Shown here: positions 36,664 to 44,701 of the stretch, one piece after another
How the letters are laid out: each line of letters starts with the position of its first letter
How positions within the stretch are numbered: the first letter of the stretch is position 1
Assembly: GCA_964573095.1 (NCBI GenBank)
Contig: CAZNIK010000001.1
Coordinates: 185,004 to 249,003 of the forward strand
Length of the DNA: 64,000 nt
Reading direction: 5' to 3'
From: an uncultured Candidatus Saccharibacteria bacterium
GTDB taxonomy: Bacteria > Patescibacteriota > Saccharimonadia > Saccharimonadales > 2-12-FULL-41-12
Translations under genes and position numbers: made by a program
Notes under the pieces: model-generated
Database searches by the model: none
The model's input: only the letters and a program-made list of their open reading frames with translations
What the model was told of the DNA's origin: nothing

Positions 36664-37277
36664 TATTTTGCTCCTCGCAGCACAACAATACTTTTGCGGG
36701 GACCTGGTACTGCACCAATCACACCAATGAGGCTATGCTCAGTGTCAACCAGGCCAATGGTTAGATTTTTAATGGTCACTTGCTCGTTACCCATCTGGCC
36801 GGCCATTTTCTTGCCCTTAAATATCCTCTGCGGATACATCGAGCCGATGGATCCAGCCTTTCGAGTGTTGCCCTTGCCACCATGGGTCTTGCGTTGCCGA
36901 TGAAAATTATGTCGCTTTATGGTACCGGCCCAGCCTTTTCCTTTACTGGTTCCTGTTGCGTGCACGACGTCTCCCACACTAAAAAGATCGGCGCTGAGTT
37001 GGTCGCCGACCTTTAGTTCGGTAGTGTTATCGTCGAGACGAATCTCGCGCATAATTTTGACATTGGTTTTCGCGGGTTTAAGGTGTCCTAGCTGTGGCTT
37101 CAATTGCCGCTTTTCCTCCTCAAAGCCGAGTTGCAGCGCATTATAGCCGTCGGTTTCGGTTGACTTAATCTGCGTCACCACGTTTTTGGTTGCCGAAAGC
37201 AAGGTAACAGCCTGTACGACACCTTCATTATCGATGGTGCTTGTCATTCCAACTTTTCGGGTCACAAACGCTTTCAA
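36663..37277 (-). CDS. rplC: 50S ribosomal protein L3 (TTG start)
   Basis: MKAFVTRKVGMTS...GKGWAGTIKRHNFHRQRKTHG. The TTG start is preceded by AAAGAAAGG. Confidence 0.95.
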   Translation of the reverse strand: MKAFVTRKVGMTSTIDNEGVVQAVTLLSATKNVVTQIKSTETDGYNALQLGFEEEKRQLKPQLGHLKPAKTNVKIMREIRLDDNTTELKVGDQLSADLFSVGDVVHATGTSKGKGWAGTIKRHNFHRQRKTHGGKGNTRKAGSIGSMYPQRIFKGKKMAGQMGNEQVTIKNLTIGLVDTEHSLIGVIGAVPGPRKSIVVLRGAK

Positions 37278-37464
37278 ACTTGACTGGCCTTTCTTTAATA
37301 TTCTTGCTCGTGCATTTCATTTAACGTTACATAAAAACGCTTGGTAACTGCCGGTTTCTACCACTGTAACTCGTAGACCTGTGCAATACACCAAGTACAA
37401 GAATTTTAACTACTGACTAACAGATTAACACGTTTGTGTTACCTCTGTCAATACGTTGTATATT

Positions 37465-37734
37465 CTACAAATTTATATAGAGCCCGATCGGCAACCAAAA
37501 CGAAATGAACATGCTGACCAGAATAATCGCATATTCAATTTTTCGATCAAGCCGAAAATGCTCGTGACTGGCGAATAATAATGCAACGACGGCGCCAAAA
37601 GGCAGGGGATATACTGCTCCAGCCTTGGTGGTCACGCGAATCCAGGCACTCCCAACAATCATATACAGCACAATTTTTAGAAAATAGGCTCCGTCGGTTT
37701 CGGAAGAAGCTGTTCGAGTTTTTTTCTTTGCCAT
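37465..37734 (-). CDS. small integral membrane protein (89 aa), unknown function
   Basis: Basic N-terminus MAKKKTRTASS followed by about three hydrophobic helices. Lies between rpsJ and rplC. No family recognised. Confidence 0.55.
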   Translation of the reverse strand: MAKKKTRTASSETDGAYFLKIVLYMIVGSAWIRVTTKAGAVYPLPFGAVVALLFASHEHFRLDRKIEYAIILVSMFISFWLPIGLYINL

Positions 37735-37838
37735 AGCTTAAGCAGTATTAAAGCATATGATGAAAAAGTAGGCCACACGACCAGGGCTCGCTATTGCGAG
37801 AGTTTATGCGTAGGATGCAAAACTTATCTTTGGTTCGG

Positions 37839-38438
37839 TTAGCACTTATTCGAGCGATCTGCTCGAACTGTATCTGTAGAACTTACCGTGCGCCCATCGT
37901 CACTGTAGGTTGTTTTTATCAGCATTGACGAAAAGATACGACCAACTTTTTTGCACTGTTGCGTTGCGGAGAAGCGGCCAGAAATTGATTCCTTATCTCG
38001 ATTTCTGCCAACAAGAGTCAAAACTGGGGTCACTTGATGTTGATTTGCAATTCCCGAGACACGAACAATTCGCACTCCGTCACACTCCACAATTGATGGC
38101 ACTTCGATCTGCCCGGTAAAACGTCCCACCGCACTTGTGATTCGACCGTTTGTTCGGTTCGTGGTCACCCGTGTTCGAAAACTCGCAGTGTGCGCGAGCG
38201 CAGCATTTGCACAATCAGAGAAAGTAACTCCCGATTCGCTTATTGGGTTTACCTCGGTAGCTGGCACTTGGTTTGCGCGAGCCTCATTATCAAAATTCTC
38301 AACGCTCGGAGCTGCACCAAACGAGGCTGCAAGCACTGCAGCACCAACTGCTAGTTTCTGCTTTAGATTATCAATCACTCCCCCAACCGTGTTGGGATTC
38401 GAATCGGTATACTGCTCTATATTTGGACGTGCTTCCAT
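37839..38438 (-). CDS. secreted or membrane-anchored hypothetical protein (199 aa, four Cys)
   Basis: Strong RBS AAAGAGGAGA. Hydrophobic segment LAVGAAVLAASFGAAP near residue 30. Four Cys, including the C-terminal residue. No family recognised. Confidence 0.65.
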   Translation of the reverse strand: MEARPNIEQYTDSNPNTVGGVIDNLKQKLAVGAAVLAASFGAAPSVENFDNEARANQVPATEVNPISESGVTFSDCANAALAHTASFRTRVTTNRTNGRITSAVGRFTGQIEVPSIVECDGVRIVRVSGIANQHQVTPVLTLVGRNRDKESISGRFSATQQCKKVGRIFSSMLIKTTYSDDGRTVSSTDTVRADRSNKC

Positions 38439-38471
38439 GGCTCTACTTAATCTCCTCTTTAGTAATTACAT

Positions 38472-38500
38472 ATTTTATCACAGATTACTGCTTTGGTCAA
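38472..38500 (-). promoter_or_regulatory. candidate sigma70 promoter for ORF 37839..38438
   Basis: On the minus strand: TTGACC (38500-38495), 17-nt spacer, TAAAAT (38477-38472). Confidence 0.45.
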
Positions 38501-38517
38501 TAATATTAAGAGTTGTC

Positions 38518-38796
38518 CTATACTTTCTGCAGTGCGCTGCGAAGGCTGGTTTGCCCTAATGCCTCCGCAACTTCCTCGGCGTGTTGCGTGAGTTTAGCGG
38601 GGTCGTTATCAAAAACAACGCTTGGGTACGCAACTATCGTCTCATCGCTCCAGCGATAAACTCGTGAATTCGTGATTTGGTCGACCGCGTCTGTACTTTG
38701 TGGAGGCGGCAAGAGGCCAAGTTCTTGGTCATTGAGTGGTGGTTCGATGCTAAGTAGAAACATCGAAGCAGACTCTTGTAGTCTTATTGTTCTCAT
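38518..38796 (-). CDS. small acidic hypothetical protein (92 aa)
   Basis: ATG 12 nt after the rpsJ stop, with no clear RBS. Non-repetitive composition. No family recognised. Confidence 0.4.
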   Translation of the reverse strand: MRTIRLQESASMFLLSIEPPLNDQELGLLPPPQSTDAVDQITNSRVYRWSDETIVAYPSVVFDNDPAKLTQHAEEVAEALGQTSLRSALQKV

Positions 38797-38808
38797 AATG
38801 CTAGGAAG

Positions 38809-39264
38809 TTACATTTTTATTTCGGCGTCGCAGCCGGCAGGAAGGGAAAGGTTCATGAGAGAGTCAATCGTCTTTGGGGTTGGTTCGAGTACATCAATAA
38901 GGCGCTTGTGAACCCGCATCTCAAACTGCTCACGACCTTTTTTATACACATGCGGACTCTTAACAACGGTGAAGGTGCTTCTGCGAGTCGGGAGTGGGAC
39001 CGGTCCCGCCACAGTAGCCCCCGTGCGGAGCGCAGTATCAACAATTTGTTTGGCCGACTGATCAATAACTTTATGATCGTAGGCTTTTAGGCGAATTCGA
39101 ATGCGCTGTTTTCCGTCCGCTGCAACGGGCTTCGAGCTCGACGCAACAGTCGGTTTTGTTGTTGGCTTGGATTCCACAGGCACCGCTTTGACAGCCGCTT
39201 TCGCCTTGGGCTCGGCTTTTTTCTCTTTTTGAGTCGTTTTCGATTTCTTGGTTGATTCAGCCAT
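38809..39264 (-). CDS. rpsJ: 30S ribosomal protein S10 with a ~50-aa Lys/Ala/Pro-rich N-terminal extension
   Basis: [41 protein letters not shown] is the S10 core. The N-terminal 50 aa is low-complexity. Confidence 0.95.
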   Translation of the reverse strand: MAESTKKSKTTQKEKKAEPKAKAAVKAVPVESKPTTKPTVASSSKPVAADGKQRIRIRLKAYDHKVIDQSAKQIVDTALRTGATVAGPVPLPTRRSTFTVVKSPHVYKKGREQFEMRVHKRLIDVLEPTPKTIDSLMNLSLPAGCDAEIKM

Positions 39265-39417
39265 TATAAGGTGTTGTTCCTTCCATTAGATTCGCTGTAA
39301 CACCACTCACCTTTTTCATGAGCACTGGTGAGGGGCTTTTAGTCAGCATGCAATTAAAGTATGGTTACATTAACAAATTATTAACTAATAGTCTAGTGTT
39401 AGTACTTGGTAGACTAC

Positions 39418-39744
39418 TTAGGATGGCCTCTGGGCCGCCATGTTTCCGCGAGTGAGGTCGTCAATTCTTTGTGCGAGCATTTCTTTGGTCATTGCACCTT
39501 TGTACTCGACGCCAATATCAGCGATAAACTTGTCTTCAATCCCCGCGCTCATAACGCCTAAATCATCTGGGTGCAGAACATCGTCTGGTCTTAACGTTTG
39601 GGTTAGGTAAACATTATCGCGCTCATCACCCCACCAATGCACCACTTTCTCGCCCACAAGCGCGCCTCTGTAATCCTCTAAGGTTTGTTCTATCTTCTGG
39701 TAATGAGATGTGGGATTTTCTGACCAAGACTCTGCACTATTCAT
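39418..39744 (-). CDS. hypothetical protein (108 aa) between tuf and rpsJ
   Basis: ATG ORF with its own upstream promoter-like element. Acidic, non-repetitive. No family recognised. Confidence 0.5.
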   Translation of the reverse strand: MNSAESWSENPTSHYQKIEQTLEDYRGALVGEKVVHWWGDERDNVYLTQTLRPDDVLHPDDLGVMSAGIEDKFIADIGVEYKGAMTKEMLAQRIDDLTRGNMAAQRPS

Positions 39745-39755
39745 AATTAATATTT

Positions 39756-39784
39756 ATTATACTGTATTTATTGTATTTTTACAA
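39756..39784 (-). promoter_or_regulatory. candidate sigma70 promoter for ORF 39418..39744
   Basis: On the minus strand: TTGTAA (39784-39779), 17-nt spacer, TATAAT (39761-39756). Confidence 0.45.
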
Positions 39785-39788
39785 TTAT

Positions 39789-39810
39789 AAAAACCCCATT
39801 TCTGGGGCTT
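39789..39810 (-). terminator. intrinsic terminator after tuf
   Basis: On the minus strand: stem CCCCA / TGGGG (plus 39794-39798 / 39803-39807), loop GAAA, followed by TTTTTAT. Lies about 25 nt after the tuf stop. Confidence 0.55.
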
Positions 39811-39832
39811 TTATTGATATTTGTTTGCGCCG

Positions 39833-41017
39833 TTACTTGACGATTTTTGTCACCACACCGGCACCGACGGTTCGGCCACCTTCGCGGATTGCAAATCGAA
39901 GACCTTGTTCCATGGCAATTGGAGCCAGCAACTTTACCTTGAAGGTAACGGTATCGCCAGGCATCACCATTTCTTTGTCAGCAGGCAGCTCTACCTCACC
40001 CGTTACATCAGTGGTACGGAAGTAAAATTGGGGTTTGTAGCCCTTGAAGAATGGCGTGTGTCGTCCACCCTCTTCCTTGGTAAGAATATAAACCTCAGAA
40101 TCAAATTCGGTATGAGGAGTTATCGAACCGGGTTTAGCGAGCACTTGTCCGCGCTCGATATCATCCCGTTCGATGCCTCGCAGGAGCACGCCAACATTGT
40201 CGCCAGCTTGACCTTGATCAAGCAGCTTCTTGAACATCTCAACGCCAGTTACTACTGACTTTTGGGTGTCGCGAATACCGACGATTTCTACCTCGTCGTT
40301 GACTTTTACGATACCGGTCTCGATACGACCAGTTGCAACGGTTCCGCGACCCTTAATAGAAAAAACGTCTTCAACCGGCATCAAGAAGGGCTTGTCAAGT
40401 TCACGCTTTGGCTCTGGAATATAGTCATCCATTGCCTTCACAAGCTCCATGACGGCATCCATGTTTGCCTCGTCACCTTCAATTGCCTTAGTGGCCGAGC
40501 CTTTGATAATTGGAGCGTTCTCGTCAAAGTCATACTTTGCAAGCAGCTCACGGATGTCCATTTCGACGAGCTCTACCAACTCGGGATCGGCAAGATCCAT
40601 CTTATTCATAAAAACTAAGATGCTAGGAACACCAACTTGTTTTGCAAGCAATACGTGCTCACGAGTTTGAGGCATAGGACCGTCTGCCGCTGAGACAACT
40701 AACACCGCACCGTCAATCTGCGCAGCACCAGTAATCATATTCTTTACGTAGTCGGCGTGACCAGGCATGTCGACGTGGGCGTAGTGTCGCTTTTCGGACT
40801 CGTACTCTTGGTGTGAAGTCGCGATAGTAATCCCGCGCTGTTTTTCCTCCGGCGCGTTATCGATTTGGTCATATGCGATGGGCTTATTTACATCGCTTGG
40901 GAGACGCTTTGCAAGCGTCATTGTGATTGCTGCAGTCAAGCTCGTTTTACCGTGGTCAACATGACCCATGGTTCCAACATTTACGTGTGGCTTGCTGCGA
41001 TCAAAGGTATCAGCCAT
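39833..41017 (-). CDS. tuf: elongation factor Tu
   Basis: [36 protein letters not shown]. 394 aa. Confidence 0.99.
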   Translation of the reverse strand: MADTFDRSKPHVNVGTMGHVDHGKTSLTAAITMTLAKRLPSDVNKPIAYDQIDNAPEEKQRGITIATSHQEYESEKRHYAHVDMPGHADYVKNMITGAAQIDGAVLVVSAADGPMPQTREHVLLAKQVGVPSILVFMNKMDLADPELVELVEMDIRELLAKYDFDENAPIIKGSATKAIEGDEANMDAVMELVKAMDDYIPEPKRELDKPFLMPVEDVFSIKGRGTVATGRIETGIVKVNDEVEIVGIRDTQKSVVTGVEMFKKLLDQGQAGDNVGVLLRGIERDDIERGQVLAKPGSITPHTEFDSEVYILTKEEGGRHTPFFKGYKPQFYFRTTDVTGEVELPADKEMVMPGDTVTFKVKLLAPIAMEQGLRFAIREGGRTVGAGVVTKIVK

Positions 41018-41164
41018 TCTAACTCCTTACATAGTTAATTATCTTAATTGTATTTATGAGGGCATAGACATAGCTAGCGAAACACTCATGTTACCGATAT
41101 ATCGTATCTAATCAGAATAGGTTTGTAAACCCCTGTTACGGTTGGTTTACCGATACAACAAAAA

Positions 41165-41374
41165 CTACGGTTCTTCTGGCTCACTTTTGCGAACTATATG
41201 CTGCCCAACGGCTTTGATTAATCTTATAGGCGCACCCTCGGTGGACTCGTGTCTACTGCGCAGCTCCGTCGCTTCAAATACAGATTGTTCGACTGCTTCT
41301 TGGTCAAATAGATCAACTTCCCGAGCGTGCCGGTTGGCCAGCTTGAGGAGTTCGGACTGTTTGTCATCTACCAT
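41165..41374 (-). CDS. small acidic hypothetical protein (69 aa)
   Basis: ATG 6 nt after the stop of the upstream small ORF. No family recognised. Confidence 0.4.
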   Translation of the reverse strand: MVDDKQSELLKLANRHAREVDLFDQEAVEQSVFEATELRSRHESTEGAPIRLIKAVGQHIVRKSEPEEP

Positions 41375-41380
41375 TTTGTG

Positions 41381-41626
41381 TCACCTGCCTTTCGCGTCGT
41401 TATACTTTTGAATTGCTAAAAGCGCCCACAAACCGACAACCACGGCTGTTACTACGGCGGTAAAATACAGCTCTAAACTAATGCCGGCAATCACGAAGAA
41501 CACCAGGACACATGCATTAAGAATGCTGGTTCTGATATGTGGCTTGTCAGAGCTTCTGATTGACGGAATTAGGGCAACAGCAAACAATACGTTACCAATA
41601 CCATACACAAGGTCTTGCCAGCTCAT
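41381..41626 (-). CDS. small three-helix membrane protein (81 aa)
   Basis: The ATG directly abuts the fusA stop (TAAATG). Three hydrophobic segments. A loose resemblance to PQ-loop/SemiSWEET-size proteins is unverified. Confidence 0.55.
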   Translation of the reverse strand: MSWQDLVYGIGNVLFAVALIPSIRSSDKPHIRTSILNACVLVFFVIAGISLELYFTAVVTAVVVGLWALLAIQKYNDAKGR

Positions 41627-43708
41627 TTATTTTGCACTTTTGGCAACAATTGCCTCAGTCACGTGACTTGGCACGTCGGCGTAATGGTCAAGCTCCATAC
41701 TAGAACTGGCGCGGCCTTGACTCATGCTCCGAAGATTGGTTGTGTACCCGAACATTTCGCCAAGTGGTACAAATGCAGTTATCTGCTTAATCCCGTTCGC
41801 AAGATCGTCCATTGACTCAATGCGTCCACGTTTGCTGTTAAGATCACCAATCACGTCGCCCATAAAGTCTTCGGGCGTGACTGCAACGACTTTCATGATC
41901 GGCTCAAGTAATACGGGGCTTGCATTCTTTACGCCACTTTGAAGTGCCATGGATCCTGCAATCTTGAAGGCCATTTCGCTGGAGTCCACATCGTGATAAC
42001 TACCGTCATATAGTTCGGCCCTCACATCAACCACCGGGTAGCCAGCTAAAACGCCGTTATTCATAGCTTCTTTTATGCCTTCTTCTACTGGCTTGATGTA
42101 CTCACTCGGGACTGCGCCACCCTTAATTGAATTAATGAACTCGAAACCTTTGCCTTGTTCGTTTTGACTCAAACGAATCCAGACATGACCATATTGGCCT
42201 CGGCCACCGCTTTGTTTGACGAACTTGCCTTCGGATTCAACAGCGTCTTTGCGAATTGTTTCACGATACGCAACTTGAGGCTGGCCAATGTTGGCTTCGA
42301 CGTTAAATTCGCGCTTCATTCGATCAACAATGATTTCCAGATGAAGTTCGCCCATGCCACTGATGATAGTTTGGCCAGTTTCATGGTCAACTTTTATGCG
42401 AAAGGTGGGATCTTCTTCTGCGAGCCGACCCAAAGCCAGACTCATTTTCTCTTGATCAGCTTTGGTCTTTGGCTCAATAGCAATACTTACCGGTGGATCC
42501 GGGAAAGTGATGCTTTCGAGCACGATCGGGTTATTTGGGTCGCACAGACTGTTACCGGTAGTCGTGCTCTTTAGGCCCACAACCGCCGCGATGTCTCCCG
42601 CCGTTATCTCATTTACATCCTCGCGCTTATCAGCTTGCATTCGCACAATACGTCCGATGCGCTCCTTCTCGCCAGAGGAACTGTTCAATATGTAGCTGCC
42701 GGCTTGAAGTTTTCCAGAGTAGACCCGAACAAAACACAGCTTTCCAACAAATGGGTCAGTGGCAATCTTGAAAGCCAAACCAGCAAAGGGCTGGGCGGCA
42801 TCGGGTTTGCGTTCTATTTCATCGCCAGTTTTGGTATGCTCACCCCACGTTGATCCGCGGTCAGTCGGACTCGGCAAAAAGTCGACAACCGCGTCTAGGA
42901 CTTTCTCGACAATAACTCCCCGTCCATCGCCACCAGTCACGGCAAAGAACTTGCCAGAGAGAACAGCAGTTCGAATTGCTTGCTTGATCTCATCGACACT
43001 TAGGCCATCTTCACCCACTTCAAAGTATTTCTCTAGAATTTTTTCGTCCTCAGCGACAGCGTTTTCGATCAGTAAACTTCGATATTTCTTGGCTTCGTCA
43101 AGCATTTCGGCTGGTATCTCGCCAACAACGAGTTCTTTATCTTTGAAATCTTTGTAGGTGTAAGCCTTCATGTCGATTAGGTCAACAACGCCATTTACAG
43201 TCTGCTCGAAGCCAATCGGAAGATGAATTGGAAAAGCGCGCTTGTTGAGTCGAGCGTGGATGCTGTCCAAAGACTTGTAAAAATCACCACCGGTTTGATT
43301 GATTTTATTGATAAAGCAAATACGCGGTACTCCGTATTTATCAGCTTGGCGCCAGACAGTTTCTGACTGGCTTTCTACGCCCATTTTGCCATCAAACACC
43401 GTCACAGCCCCGTCTAGCACTCGCAGGGAGCGTTCGACCTCAACAGTAAAGTCAATATGGCCAGGGGTGTCGATAATGTTGATCTGATGATCTTTCCAGT
43501 AACAGGTCACAGCGGCGGAGGTGATTGTAATGCCGCGCTCGCGTTCTTGCTCCATCCAGTCAGTGGTGGTTTCGCCCTCGTGCACGGCGCCGATTTTATG
43601 TTTTAGGCCAGTTCGAAAGAGAATACCCTCGGTGGTAGTCGTCTTTCCGGCGTCGATATGCGCAATTATTCCAATGTTTCTTAGTTTTTCTAATGCTACT
43701 TTAGCCAT
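41627..43708 (-). CDS. fusA: elongation factor G
   Basis: [26 protein letters not shown]. 693 aa. Confidence 0.99.
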   Translation of the reverse strand: MAKVALEKLRNIGIIAHIDAGKTTTTEGILFRTGLKHKIGAVHEGETTTDWMEQERERGITITSAAVTCYWKDHQINIIDTPGHIDFTVEVERSLRVLDGAVTVFDGKMGVESQSETVWRQADKYGVPRICFINKINQTGGDFYKSLDSIHARLNKRAFPIHLPIGFEQTVNGVVDLIDMKAYTYKDFKDKELVVGEIPAEMLDEAKKYRSLLIENAVAEDEKILEKYFEVGEDGLSVDEIKQAIRTAVLSGKFFAVTGGDGRGVIVEKVLDAVVDFLPSPTDRGSTWGEHTKTGDEIERKPDAAQPFAGLAFKIATDPFVGKLCFVRVYSGKLQAGSYILNSSSGEKERIGRIVRMQADKREDVNEITAGDIAAVVGLKSTTTGNSLCDPNNPIVLESITFPDPPVSIAIEPKTKADQEKMSLALGRLAEEDPTFRIKVDHETGQTIISGMGELHLEIIVDRMKREFNVEANIGQPQVAYRETIRKDAVESEGKFVKQSGGRGQYGHVWIRLSQNEQGKGFEFINSIKGGAVPSEYIKPVEEGIKEAMNNGVLAGYPVVDVRAELYDGSYHDVDSSEMAFKIAGSMALQSGVKNASPVLLEPIMKVVAVTPEDFMGDVIGDLNSKRGRIESMDDLANGIKQITAFVPLGEMFGYTTNLRSMSQGRASSSMELDHYADVPSHVTEAIVAKSAK

Positions 43709-43713
43709 ATTTT

Positions 43714-44193
43714 TTAGTACCTTGCGAAGTGGGCGAATGCTCGGTTGGCATCTGCCATTTTATGGGTGTCTTCGCGCTTCTTGACCGCTGTCCCAGTATT
43801 ATTGTAGGCATCGACTAATTCGAGGGCGATTCGGTCTTCCATGCTCATGCCTTTTCGGCTTCGAGCGGCCGCCACGAACCACATCATCGTAAGATGGTTT
43901 TGGCGCTGACCCTTGACCTCGAAGGGAATCTGGTAATTTGCACCACCAACTCGGCGTGATCGCGTTTCTAGATGGGGCTTTACGTTGCCAAGCGCTTGCT
44001 CAAAAACATCCAGCGGGTTATCGACTTTTAGCTTGTTTGCGGCCTTTTGCATTCCGTTGTATACCAGCCGTTCAGCAAGCTGTTTTTTGCCATTGAGCAT
44101 AACCCGATTAATGAGTCGCTGGACTTGAACGCTGTTGTACACCCGGTCGGGCTGGATATCACGAACAAGAGTTTTGGTAACTTTCCTAGGCAT
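43714..44193 (-). CDS. rpsG: 30S ribosomal protein S7
   Basis: [16 protein letters not shown]...[11 protein letters not shown]. Confidence 0.97.
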   Translation of the reverse strand: MPRKVTKTLVRDIQPDRVYNSVQVQRLINRVMLNGKKQLAERLVYNGMQKAANKLKVDNPLDVFEQALGNVKPHLETRSRRVGGANYQIPFEVKGQRQNHLTMMWFVAAARSRKGMSMEDRIALELVDAYNNTGTAVKKREDTHKMADANRAFAHFARY

Positions 44194-44196
44194 AGA

Positions 44197-44610
44197 TTAT
44201 TTGCCTTCCTTTTTTGCGCCATACTTGGAGCGGCCTTGCTTTCGGTCTGAAACACCTTGCAAATCAAGGCTACCTCTCACAATGTGATATCGGACACCAG
44301 GGAGGTCTTTCACGCGACCGCCTCTCACGAGCACTACGGCGTGCTCTTGAAGGTTGTGCCCTTCGCCGCCGATATATGCCCACACTTCATAGCCGTTGGT
44401 CAAACGAACACGAGCCACTTTTCGCAGCGCCGAGTTAGGCTTTTTTGGAGTCTTAGTAGTCACTTTTACGCACACACCACGCTTGAACGGCGCTGGCTTT
44501 TCGTAGTTCCTGGTTTTTAGGTTATTCACCACCCGCTGCATCGCTGGCGACTTACTCTTAGAAGTCGCACGAGTACGTGGTTTTCTCACAAGTTGATTAA
44601 TTGTTGGCAT
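44197..44610 (-). CDS. rpsL: 30S ribosomal protein S12
   Basis: [12 protein letters not shown]...[16 protein letters not shown]. Confidence 0.98.
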   Translation of the reverse strand: MPTINQLVRKPRTRATSKSKSPAMQRVVNNLKTRNYEKPAPFKRGVCVKVTTKTPKKPNSALRKVARVRLTNGYEVWAYIGGEGHNLQEHAVVLVRGGRVKDLPGVRYHIVRGSLDLQGVSDRKQGRSKYGAKKEGK

Positions 44611-44701
44611 TTTACTCCTTAGCGCTGCAATCTACTGCTGCATGATGAATGCCTGCACCTGGCTCAGATTGCTTATATTTTATGTATCTATTCTAACACT
44701 T

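Noticed and set aside
38518-39744. Possible paralogy between the two orphan ORFs flanking rpsJ (VYRWSDETIVAY versus VVHWWGDERDNVY)
   Set aside because: Similarity is limited to a W-(S/G)-D-E...Y patch of about 10 residues and the rest does not align by eye. That is insufficient without a statistical alignment.
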